Assembly: GCF_004010195.1 (NCBI RefSeq)
Contig: NC_057718.1
Coordinates: forward strand, 60,708,795-60,772,794
Length of the DNA stretch: 64,000 nucleotides
Direction of reading: 5' to 3'
Source of the DNA: Chiloscyllium plagiosum
Taxonomy: Eukaryota
A program made the translations under genes and the position numbers. Shown piece after piece: positions 26,365 to 36,660 of this stretch (the stretch's first letter is position 1; every line of letters begins with the position of its first letter). The notes beneath the pieces are model-generated. The model saw nothing but the letters and a program-made list of their open reading frames with translations. It was not told where the DNA came from and searched no databases.

Positions 26365-27088
26365 GCTCAGGAGTGTTGCTGAACAAAAAGACCTTGCAGT
26401 AGAAAGTAGAGTCCTTGAAAGTAGAGTCACAGGTAGATAGGATAGTGAAGAAGGTGGTTGGTATGCTTTCCTTCATTGGTCAGAGTACAGGAGTTGGGAG
26501 GTCATGTTGCGGCTGTACAGGACATTGGTTAGACCACTGTTGGAATATTGCGTGCAATTCTGGTCTCCTTCCTATCAAAAAGATGTTGTGAAACTTGAAA
26601 GGGTTCAGAAAAGATTTACGAGGATGTTGCCAGGGTTGGAGGATTTGAGATTTAGGGAGAGGCTGAACAGGCTGGGGCTGTTTTTCCTGGAGCGTGGGAG
26701 GCTGAGGGGTGACCTTATAGAGGTTTACAAAATTATGAGGGGCATGGATAGGATAAATAGGCAAAGTCTTTTCCCTGGGGTCGGGGAGTCCAGAACTAGA
26801 GGGCATAGGTTTAGGGTGAGAGGGGAAAGATATAAAAGAGACCTAAGGGGTAATTTTTTCACACAGAGGGTGGTACATGTATGGAATGAGCTGCCAGAGG
26901 AAGTGATGGAGACTGATACAATTGCAACATTTGAAAGGCATCTGGATGGGTATATGAATAGGAAGGGTTTGAAGGGATATGGGCCGGGTGCTGGCAGGTG
27001 GGACTAGATCAGGTTGGGATATCTGGTCGGCATGGACAGGTTGGACCAAAAGGTCTGTTTCCGTGCAGTACATCTCTATGACTCTATG
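26365..27088 (+). mobile_element. CR1/HER1-like LINE 3' end (young, open C-terminal ORF 26504-27007)
   Basis: LYRTLVRPLLEYCVQFWSP...FFTQRVVHVWNELPEEV; 3' tail ctctatgactctatg. Confidence 0.95.
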
Positions 27089-27273
27089 GCTACCTCATCA
27101 TTCCACAACAATAATGAATAAACGTATTTCTTTGGAGAGCTACCAATAAATATTGTCAATTCAATTATATATTCATAGTTGAACTCAGCTTCAGATTACA
27201 AAATGGAATACTTTAAATATTCATAAAATCACAATTTTTAACTGAAGCAAACTATATAGTTAATCCAGATTAT

Positions 27274-28410
27274 GGGCTGAATCTTAGCATGGCTTGGTTA
27301 AGTGCCATTTATATCAAATTTCACAGAGTTTCTCACCACAAGATCTAGAGAGTTTTCTCATCCAATCAACCCATGCTCACTCCATTAATTCACACTGCAC
27401 CCTCTTGTCCAATTCTCCCACTCACCACAGCTGGAAATATTCACCAGTGGGATACCCTGGCATCTTTCGTGCTAGTACCATATTCAAAAGACAGCCAAGC
27501 AAGTACTGGCATTCTGGAACTTTCCTGCATGCAGTCTCTTAGATATTATGGCAGACAAAGGGAAATTGGTATCCCACTTGGCAGATACCTCGAGATCCTG
27601 GTGAATAGGGTCACACAAAGGAGGGCTGTCATCTCCCCTCAAGGACTCTGTCAGCTCAGACCAAAGTCTCCACAGTCCAGAAGAACACATAGCAGTGTCG
27701 GAATGAAGTCAATTACCAGTTGAAAAACCAGCATCTTTTTTCTTCCTACTCACTCAATATGTTGCCCACAGCTTTCACCAAGGCATATGGTCTACCTTTC
27801 TCACTGTTGCCTGCAACATCTTCCCTCACTCGTTTTGACTACCTATGCCACCTCCTACACAGAGCCCCTTCTTACCAACCATGTATCAACCCTGCACTGC
27901 CCACTGACCCACTCAGCACTCATAAATACCTTTACACCCCCATCTACATCAGTGTTAATGCCTACACCACCCACTTTCATCTCCTTCAATCCTTCCCTTT
28001 ATTCTATCCCAGGAGAAAATGACCCATAAGAGTGCAGAAAGGGCCAGGATGGGTGGTAGGGTGCCTGACATTCAGCTCATTGCTCCATACAAGGAGAGGA
28101 GTTCAGCCCTTGCTAGTGAAGACTGAGACCATTCCAGCAATATTCATGTCTCTGTAACCATGTAAGAACTGTTGATTGCTGTATACATATCTCCCGTTCT
28201 GTGGCTGTGTGTTTTTAATGCTAGCATGAAACAACATCTGCCCTCTGCTCACAACATTCTCACTTCCGACTCTTGCAGGGACAAGTGAGATATCCGTGCC
28301 TCATGAAGAGACCTTCCATACAAACCATCTCCACCACCAGTACTGAGGAAAAAAGCACTGATGTCTCAGAAGAAATGTCTCCTGCAACCCACACCAACTC
28401 AGAGACACCT
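27274..28410 (+). pseudogene. PIF/Harbinger transposon remnant: Myb/SANT-like DNA-binding protein gene with introns
   Basis: Exon-like LEILVNRVTQRRAVISPQG and frameshifted QCRNEVNYQL (27590-27725); acceptor ttctatcccag then EKMTHKSAERARMGGRVPDIQLIAPYKER (28013-28100); further acceptor tcttgcag near 28278; possible TIR start gggctgaatctt at 27274. Confidence 0.65.
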
Positions 28411-28424
28411 TGGAGGGTTTTGTT

Positions 28425-29400
28425 ATAGAGTTATAAAGTCATACAACACGTAAACAGACATTATGGCCCAAGCAGTGTGCTGACCATAATCCCAAGCTAA
28501 ACTAGTCCCACCTGCCTGCACTTGGCCCATATCCTTTCAAACATTTCTTATTCGTGTCATTGTCTAAATGTCTTTTAACATTTGTAACTGTACCCCCTTC
28601 CACCACTTCCTCTGGAAGTTCATTCAACACATGAACCATTCTCTGTCTAACCATTCTCTCATGGCTTTTTAAAGCTTTTCTTTCTCACTTTAAAAATATG
28701 CCTCTAGTCATGAAAACCCTCACTCTAGTGAAAAGACACCTGTCATTCACCTTATCCATACTCCTCAAGATTTATAAAGTTCGATAAAGTCACCTCTCAA
28801 ACTCCTACACTCCAGTGAAAAATGTCCCAGCCTATACAGCATCTCTTTATAACTCAAACTCTCTATTCCCTTTAAACATCCTGATAAATCTCTTCTGACC
28901 CCTCGCCAGCTTAATAATATCATTTCTCTAACAGGGAGACCAGAACTTAACACAGTACTCTAAAAGAGGCCACCCTAACGTCCTCTACAATCTCAAAATG
29001 ATGCCCCAACTCCTTTACTCAAAGGTCTGAGCAATAAAGGCAGGTGTGAGATGCATCATCTTAACCATCTTATTTATATGTGATACAAACTTCAAAAAAA
29101 CTATGTACCTGAATCCCTAGGTCTTTTCTGTACTGCAATACAGAAGGCCCCACTTTTAATTGTATAAGTCTTGCCTTTCTTTGTTTTACTAAAATTCAAT
29201 ACTTTGCATGCAACCAGTTGAACTCCATCTGCCATTCTACAGCCCATTGACCCAACTGATCAAGATCTCTGTAATCTTAGATAACCTTCTTCACTGTCCA
29301 CTATCCAACCAATCTTGGTGTCATCCACAAACTTACTAACCATGCTTCTATGTTTGCATCTAAGTCATTTATTTCAATGATAAACAAAAGTGGACTGAGT
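28425..29400 (-). mobile_element. CR1/HER1-like LINE 3' fragment
   Basis: Minus peptide LSYKEMLYRLGHFSLECRSLRGDFIELYK; same structure as 17095-17975. Confidence 0.85.
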
Positions 29401-29931
29401 ACTGATTGGATTAGACTGAGCACGTAAGTTTGGTACCTTCACCAAGTCGCTCATTAGAAGCAGAATGGGGAGAAAGCAGGAGATTGGCACGGGGTACTGG
29501 TGCTCACTTAAAGGTCAGATTCAGGTATAATGGGTAGAATGGTTTCTTTGTACTGTAACACTGCTGTGATTCTGTGAATATTCACTGTCAGATACTGTTA
29601 ATGCACTTACCTTGGAGGCCAGCATTTAGTTTGAATCATCACATGAATAACATTATTGCAGAGCCAATATTGCGGTTTGTCTTATCATTCAGTTTTAATA
29701 AAAAGGAAAACTTGACATGCAATGCCCTCATTTGGCTTCCTCACATCACCTCAATGGGTTGAACTGAGCTGGTTCAACAATGTTGAATAAATGCGTGTTG
29801 GAGCATCTGGGTCACAGGAGCAAAGGGACACAAGTCTTCTGGAACATGGTTATATTTGGCACTAAATAAGGCAATTTCATACACCCTGCTGTTTTCCCCT
29901 ACAAATGGGACTTCATCAGTATAGGAAACCT

Positions 29932-29993
29932 ACTCAGCATGGATGGGTTAGACTGAAGGGTCTGTTTCCATGCTGTATGATGCTATGACTATA
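29932..29993 (+). mobile_element. CR1 3' tail fragment
   Basis: cagcatggatgggttagactgaagggtctgtttccatgctgtatga. Confidence 0.7.
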
Positions 29994-30439
29994 GCATTCT
30001 CCCACTTTCTATTTTCATTTCAAATTTTTAATAATTTTGGTTTTTATGAGTCAATTACAATCATTCAGAATTACTTTCCTGTTTAATCCAGCTCTGATTA
30101 TGTCTTTATAAGAGGCATAAAGCAAGGTATCACACCTTCGTCAGATGCAATGGGCCCTGTGGAAGATTGGTAGCCAACCATGATGTATCCGAACACTTCC
30201 TACATTGGGCTTTGGAGATGGAAGTGTCCTTATTCTCTGCGAGTCCTGATCTTCACTTTTCTATTATCCTGAAAGAGGGAGGGTGGGATGTTTGTAATTA
30301 TTAGCACTGTATTTGGGTGATGTACCTTCCATAACCAAGTATGTGGAGGGACTGAGGGCTGAGTGTGACACTAACAATAACTGAGAGTGTGGTGGAGTAT
30401 ATTGATATTATTCTTGCCATCACAAAGATCATCTTCGAT

Positions 30440-30930
30440 AATATTACCTGATTCCATTGTGTCTCAGCTCATCTGCCACTGAAACTGTCATTCATACCTG
30501 TACTCCTGGCTGTTCTCCCACATATTATCCACTGTAAACTGGAGTTTGTCTCAATTTCTGTTGCCTATGTCTTAAATTGCAGCAAGTCCTGTTCCCCTAT
30601 CAGCCTTTTACCTGCTTACCTACATTGGCTCTCGTGGTCAAACAAGTGTCTTGGTTTGAAAATTCTCAGAATTGCTTTCAAATCTCTCCACCACTTTATC
30701 CTCCCTGTTTCTGTAATCTCTTCTAACCTCTCAACTTTCTGAGATATCTGCATTCATAGAATTCTGACTTATGAAGCAAGTCTGGTTTTGGTCACCCCAC
30801 TGCTGATGGCCATATCTTCCTTTGCCAACCTCTTGAATTCCCTTGTATACCTCTGCCTCCCTTACTCACGTTCCGCCTTTTAAGATACTCCTTAAACCAT
30901 AACTTGTCGACCACGTTTTTAGGAATTTGA
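30440..30930 (+). mobile_element. L2-type LINE 3' fragment
   Basis: L2-like motifs gaaactgtcattcatacc, ctacattggctc (LHWL), aaaattctc and ttttaagatactccttaaacc. Confidence 0.6.
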
Positions 30931-31099
30931 CCTCATAAACTCAGAGTAATTTCTAACAGTCCTGTGATATCTGGATGGGCTGACAACCAAGTGATGAATT
31001 TTGCCTTGCAACCCCTTGAGCATTTAGATAGGTGGAGAGGATTTCATCACATTTCTGACTTGTGTCTTGCAATTGGTGGACAGGAATCTAAAAATAAAC

Positions 31100-31210
31100 C
31101 TTCAGTTCCGAAGAAGGGTCATTGGACTCAAAACATTAACCCTGCTTTCTCTCCATGGATGCTGACCAGATCTGTTGAGTTTCTCCAGAAATTTCTGCCT
31201 TTGTTTGCTT
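31100..31210 (+). mobile_element. Older Penelope-like terminal repeat (family C) with decayed hammerhead
   Basis: ccgaagaagggtcattggactcaaaacattaac then gatgctgaccagatctgttgagtttctccag; related remnants at about 3225-3310, 33420-33515 and 49580-49690 (minus). Confidence 0.55.
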
Positions 31211-31376
31211 CAGGAAATAAGTTACTCAGCACAGAATTGCCAGCCCCTGACCTGCTCCTGCAGTTACCTTTCTGGTCAATTGCAACCTCCATGATTTGGT
31301 AGTGGGGGATTCAGTGATAGTAACACAATCAGATGTCAAGGGCATGTCATATCCAGGAATTATATGATATTCCTGA

Positions 31377-31590
31377 TTTGGAGATGCTGGTGTTGGAGAG
31401 GGGTGTACAAAGTTAAAATCACACAACACCAGGTTATAGTCCAACAGGTTTATTTGGAAGCACTAGCTTTTGGAGCGCCGCTCCTTCATCAGCTGGTTGT
31501 CACCTGATGAAGGAGCAGCGCTCCGAAAGCTCGTGTTTCCAAATAAACCTCTTGGGACTGTGACCTGGTGTTGTGTGATTTTTAACTTTG
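31377..31590. mobile_element. Penelope-like family B palindromic mini-element
   Basis: About 85-bp inverted arms around ctggttgtcac; tail on the left arm only; TSD tat(g/c)atattcctga at 31363-31376 and 31591-31604. Confidence 0.9.
31501..31535 (+). ncRNA. Minimal type I hammerhead ribozyme, intact core (family B)
   Basis: cac CTGATGA a GGAGC agc GCTCC GAAA gctc | gtg: stem I cac/gtg, 5-bp stem II, palindromic AGCT stem III, CUC cleavage triplet. Confidence 0.85.
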
Positions 31591-32139
31591 TATCATATTC
31601 CTGACTTTCAAGGTAAAGATTTTGTGCAAAATGGACTTCTGAAATGTATGCCTACACACATGCTAAGGTTTAAGTGTCCCTTTGTGATTTCTACTTAAAC
31701 AAAATTCAGGACTCTGGGTTGTTCTTTGCATGTACATAGCCATGTCTGCACCACCCTCCCACTCAAGATATGAAACTACTAGCTAATTTACACCTCCTAC
31801 TGACTGGATATTTACTGAAACTCAAAATCAATAGTTCAATGTCTGCAAATAATACACTTATCAAAGAGGAGCACAGAGAAACCAGTTTATCACAAGTAGG
31901 TGTGGACAGTCACCATTTGTATCCCATTGTGTAGCAACAGCTTTTAACTTTGAATCATTTATGTCAACTGTAGATCATGACCTCATTGGCCAAAGACCAT
32001 AGAACATTCTAGAATGATGAGTGTGAAGGGCATTAAAGCACACATACCTGGAAGCCAGCCCCTTATTGAAGAGGCAGTGAAGCATCAGTGAAGATTTGCA
32101 GCAAAGACTTACAGCAACACTTGTTGCAGAAGACTATAT

Positions 32140-32421
32140 TCTGGATTAGTGGTGCTGGAAGAGCACAGCAGTTCAGGCAGCATCCAAGGAGCAGTGAAAT
32201 CGACGTTTCAGGCAAAAGCCCTTCATCAGGAATAAAGGCAGTGCTGATAAGCTCTAGCTTATCTCTCCATGCTTCAGGCTCACTGTCTTTATTCCTAATG
32301 AAGGGTTTTGCCTGAAACGTCGATTTCGCTGCTCCTTGGATGTGGCCTGAACTGCTGTGCTCTTCCAGCACCACTAATCCAGAATCTGGTTTCCAGCATC
32401 TGCAGTCATTGTTTTTACCTC
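32140..32421. mobile_element. Penelope-like family A palindromic mini-element
   Basis: About 105-bp inverted arms, about 37-nt tail on the right arm only; perfect 14-bp TSD gcagaagactatat at 32126-32139 and 32422-32435. Confidence 0.92.
32198..32233 (-). ncRNA. Minimal type I hammerhead ribozyme, intact core (family A)
   Basis: Minus strand attc CTGATGA a GGGC tttt GCCT GAAA cgtc | gatt; palindromic ACGT stem III, GUC triplet. The partner copy at 32295 (+) has CTAATGA. Confidence 0.8.
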
Positions 32422-33224
32422 GCAGAAGACTATATGGCAACCCAAGGACACCTAGGAGAAGGTATGCCCTGACCCACCTTCATGGAAGAGAGCCTGCCCT
32501 ACATCAGAAAAGGAGATTCCAACAGTCCAGCTCAAACACGTAAATCATTGGGTTATATCCTTTCCCAAATGAATAGAGCTAGACAGAGAGTAAATATTGT
32601 GGCAATTTCAGAAGTGCCCCCGATAGTGTTTTAATAAGGAATATTTTGTTAATAAAATCAAGTTGAACTTCAAATTCTATGTCCCGTTATCCAGGTCACC
32701 AACAAAAGCATTTGAGTAAATTGTTTTTAATATATAAACTGGTTGAAGTATCCAAAGCATGGACAACACGATTATACAATTACAAACTCTACAATGTTAT
32801 CTCTATGCAAAAGTTACATTTAGTCACTTGCTTCACTTCTAAGACAAATTAAAGTAATACCAGGGCAATCGTACAGGTGTGACCACAATTTCTTGATAAG
32901 GGCTCCTAATGAGCTAAGGAAATCTCAACACTGCTTTAGGCAACTTTGAAGCCTGAATGTTAAATGCAAATAAGGCCCCTTGACCTTGTAGCTATCTTCC
33001 CAAAACGTCAGTGTTTTGTCTTCACTCTCTTCCCATGATGCATTTCTTTGTCAAGTGAGGCTAAGCAAAGTCACATGATATTAACAAACTAAAATCTGCG
33101 TTGGTTACAGCTAAGCAGAATAATACAACATTAGATTAATCAGTGCATATGCTTTCTGTGTTTACAGCTAAACTTAACCAATTATCAAATGCTACTCTTT
33201 CTACTAATCCTACAACAGAGAAGG

Positions 33225-33360
33225 ACTCATTCCTGATAAAGGGCTTATGCCTGAAACGTCAATTCACCTGCTCCTCGGATGCTGCCTGACTTGCTGTGCT
33301 TTTCCAGCACCACACTCTCGACTCTGATCTCCAGCATCTGCAGTCGTCACTTTCTCCTAG
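33225..33360 (+). mobile_element. Penelope-like family A terminal repeat
   Basis: cctgataaagggcttatgcctgaaacgtc...ctccagcatctgcagtcgtcactttctcct; TSD core cctacaacag at 33209 and 33362. Confidence 0.85.
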
Positions 33361-34069
33361 CCCTACAACAGCCTATGTTTTAAAAACAATCATTTCCTTT
33401 AATATCAGCGCAAGAAACAGCACTGACAAAGGGTTACTGGATCCAAAATATTACCTCTGTTTTCTTTCCACAGGAGCTGCTAGAACTGTTGGGTTTCTCC
33501 AGCAATTTCTGTTTTGGGTGTTGAGTGTTCATGCGGTAGGATCTTCCTGTTCTGCAACTCTTAGAGAATTTAGTGTTCAAAATATCTTGCAGTCTATTCT
33601 GGTATAGTTGGATGTAGATTGCAAAACAAATAATCTAAAGACAAAATTTGAATTTACTGCTGACCAAGCAATGAATGGAAATGAAAAAAGCTTCAGCCTC
33701 CAGTTTCCTCTAGTTGTGCCTATGAATGTGTTGGTAGCTCATCCTGAAAATGTGATAGGGTTCAACTTCCAAATCCTGGTGATCCACAAATCTTTCAGTT
33801 CAGGCTTGCACTGCCTTTGCAATGTCGAGGGATAGCCCAAAAATCCCCCACTAAGAGCTTCCTGACATGAAGTGGGGTATGATTTATTGATGATCTGTGA
33901 CTATCACACCATGATACTTGTATTACTTCTCATAATAAGGACGGGATGTGGGTCTCATTGTTTTGAAGAATTCAATGAAGTTTTATTACACTGATATTGA
34001 TATATGCAAACCACAATCTCAGGCAATTGCATATCTGAGCTCAAGCAAATTGGATGTATGGCAGTTGGT

Positions 34070-34912
34070 TCAAAATCACACAACACCAGGTTATAGTCCA
34101 ACAGGTTTATTTGGTAGTACCAGCTTTTGGAGCACTGCTCCTTCATGAAGTAGCTAGTGGAGCAGGATCACCGGATACATGAGTTATAGCAAAAGATCAT
34201 AGTGTCATACAACTGATGTGATATATTGGACAAACCTAGATTGCTGTTGTCTTGCATCTTTTAGAATGGGCTGCGTGTGTACGTGTGCGCACACACACAC
34301 AAACGCACGCGCGCACACACACAAACACACACACTCTCTCTCTCTCTCTCTCTCCCTGACATACACACGCGCACACATACAAGTCTATGGGGTGAATTTG
34401 ATTTGTAGAATTGTAGTTGCAAATACATTATACTTTGTTCAAAAAGCACACGATCTGTTGGGAGTCAATCCATATGAATTTTATAGATTCCTACTTTGGA
34501 ACTAGAACCAGTCTGACTCAAGATTGGAATACATACAGACTCTAACCTCACAACTTCAATGCATTGTCTGAGCTGAGATGCCACCTTTTTTTATAAAACC
34601 TTAAGTTTTCTCTGGAATGTGACTTGAAAGAAGTTCTGAGATTTACATATTAATGAATCAAAATCTGCAACCCATTCTAAAAGATGAAAGACTTAACAGC
34701 AATTTAGGTTTGTTCAACATATCGTTTCAATTGCATGACACTGGGATCTTTTGCTATAAATTTTGTGTCCTATGATCCTGCTCCACAGCTACCTGATGAA
34801 GGAGTAGTGCTCTAAAAGCTGGTACTATCAAATAAACCTGTTGAACTATAACCTGGTGTTGTGTGATTTTTAACTTTGTCCAACCCAGTCCAACAACGGT
34901 ACCTCCACATCA
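34070..34912. mobile_element. Longer Penelope-like family B element with about 200-bp inverted arms and an internal microsatellite
   Basis: 34072-34272 is the reverse complement of about 34666-34870; decayed hammerhead ctgatgaaggagtagtgctctaaaagct near 34793; possible degenerate TSD (12/16 match) at 34054 and 34912. Confidence 0.85.
34275..34380. repeat. Compound (CA)n/(CG)n/(TC)n microsatellite
   Basis: Directly visible dinucleotide runs. Confidence 0.9.
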
Positions 34913-36473
34913 TTTATAGCATTAGGTCACATGCTATGGTATGGTGTTGGTTTCACAAGCTTTTTCCTTAAAGGTATATTAGGCACCTGCTGCAAGACCT
35001 CGCATAACATTTTCCACCAATGGCATTACCCTAACTGCTGTAAAGAGTTTAAAGACTTAGACTTGATTTCAATGTCCTTCGTTGTTCATGTAGCCGAGAC
35101 AAATAAAAAATGATATATCACTGCTACAGCTTACAGCTCAGTCACTGACTGAGTTTTGTCTTGGTTGTCTTGTTATTTTAAAACGAGTTGAATGAACTGC
35201 CATTCATAATCTTTCATAGAACCTGGATGCTTTCTTGACTCAGAGGGTGTATCTATGATCAACTTCATTACACAGATGTTTTCATGTGGGTTTCTGTATC
35301 TGAGTATTCACAATTCTTCCTTCATGAATCGAAACACTAGTCATCTAAGCCAGTAAATCCAAACATTTTGATTATGTAGAGACATCTGTTCAAAATTACA
35401 GTATGAATTTTAGAATTTCTCAAAATACTGCATTGTCAAAGATGGAGTCCAGTCTTCACAAAATATATCAGTAAATCCATCAATAAACCAATTGTTAGTA
35501 AACCAATGCATAATAATACATAATACATACAGGCTTCCAGTTTATTCTCTCCTTTCATGAGCAAGAGTCTTAAGTTGATAAGAAATTTCAATGATAAACT
35601 TTGCAAAGGGCATTAGCAACTGATAAAACAACAAGAGAAAATTTTTGATAAATGTCAAATGTGTTGATAACATTGCAAATTGCAATTATCAGGTTATATT
35701 AATTTTTTAAATATTGAAATGTTTAAGGCTGAGAACTGAAATTGACCATTGTTAAGTGGGTGCTGAAATACTTACTTTCACCTTTCCTGACTGCAGCTAA
35801 GGAATTCTTTAACGTATACTCAGTTTCTATAAACCATGTTGGGTGGGTGAGAACAGAAACCAGTTGTCAAGGACAAAAACATCTTGGGTTGATGGGGTCA
35901 GGATTGGAATCCTCTGACCCCGATTAATGGAGAGACGTGAGGTATTTATGGCTCCACCTCGACTTTTAGCTACCAGGATAGAGCCGCTGAGAACTTGGTT
36001 CATGTGGAAATTTGTTGCTCAGTACGTTAATTCATTTTAATCCTACTACACACCACCCCATGTTTTAGACACAACCCAGGCATTAAAGATATGGGAATCT
36101 CTCTGGCAAGGTTTTCAAAAGTAAAACTTGGACTTTTCGCCCACAAACTTTATTACTTTATAAGACAAATCAAATGCCTGAATTAACTTTTTTTATTGTT
36201 GATTGCGCATATATGCAAATATGATATCAATGGATATATGATGCATTTGTAAAATTTTTCTGGCTGTAGCAGAGAACAAAATACAATTCTATCAAATAAA
36301 ACCTTAGCATTAGAAGGTAATCTTTGTGCACATCGCTGGTGGGTACTATCATTGATCTGTAATGATTTTGCTTAGGGCTGAGAGACTCCAGATCAATCGC
36401 TGGGTCAGTCCAAATAATCAGATTCTATTAAAATCACTGAAGTCACCCTGTAACCTGCCAAACTTGAACAAGT

Positions 36474-36660
36474 AGGAGAAAGTGAGGACTGCAGATGCTG
36501 GAGATCAGAGCTGAAAAATGGAGGGAGGGCTTATGCCCGAAACGTCGATTCTCCTGCTCCTTGGATGCTGCCGAAGGGCTTATGTCCGAAACGTCAATTC
36601 TCCTGCTCCTTGGATGCTGCCTGACTTGCTGCGCTTTTTCAGCAACACATTTTTCAGCTC
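36474..36660. mobile_element. Penelope-like family A inverted mini-element with tandem partial hammerheads
   Basis: Inverted tail followed by two tandem agggcttatg(c/t)ccgaaacgtc units lacking the CTGA part of the core; perfect 15-bp TSD caaacttgaacaagt at 36459-36473 and 36660-36674. Confidence 0.92.

Noticed and set aside
31377..32421. Classifying the palindromes as DNA-transposon MITEs or pre-miRNAs
   Set aside because: Arms are asymmetric, TSDs are 14-16 bp, and the family A repeat occurs attached to GIY-YIG coding sequence elsewhere in the window.
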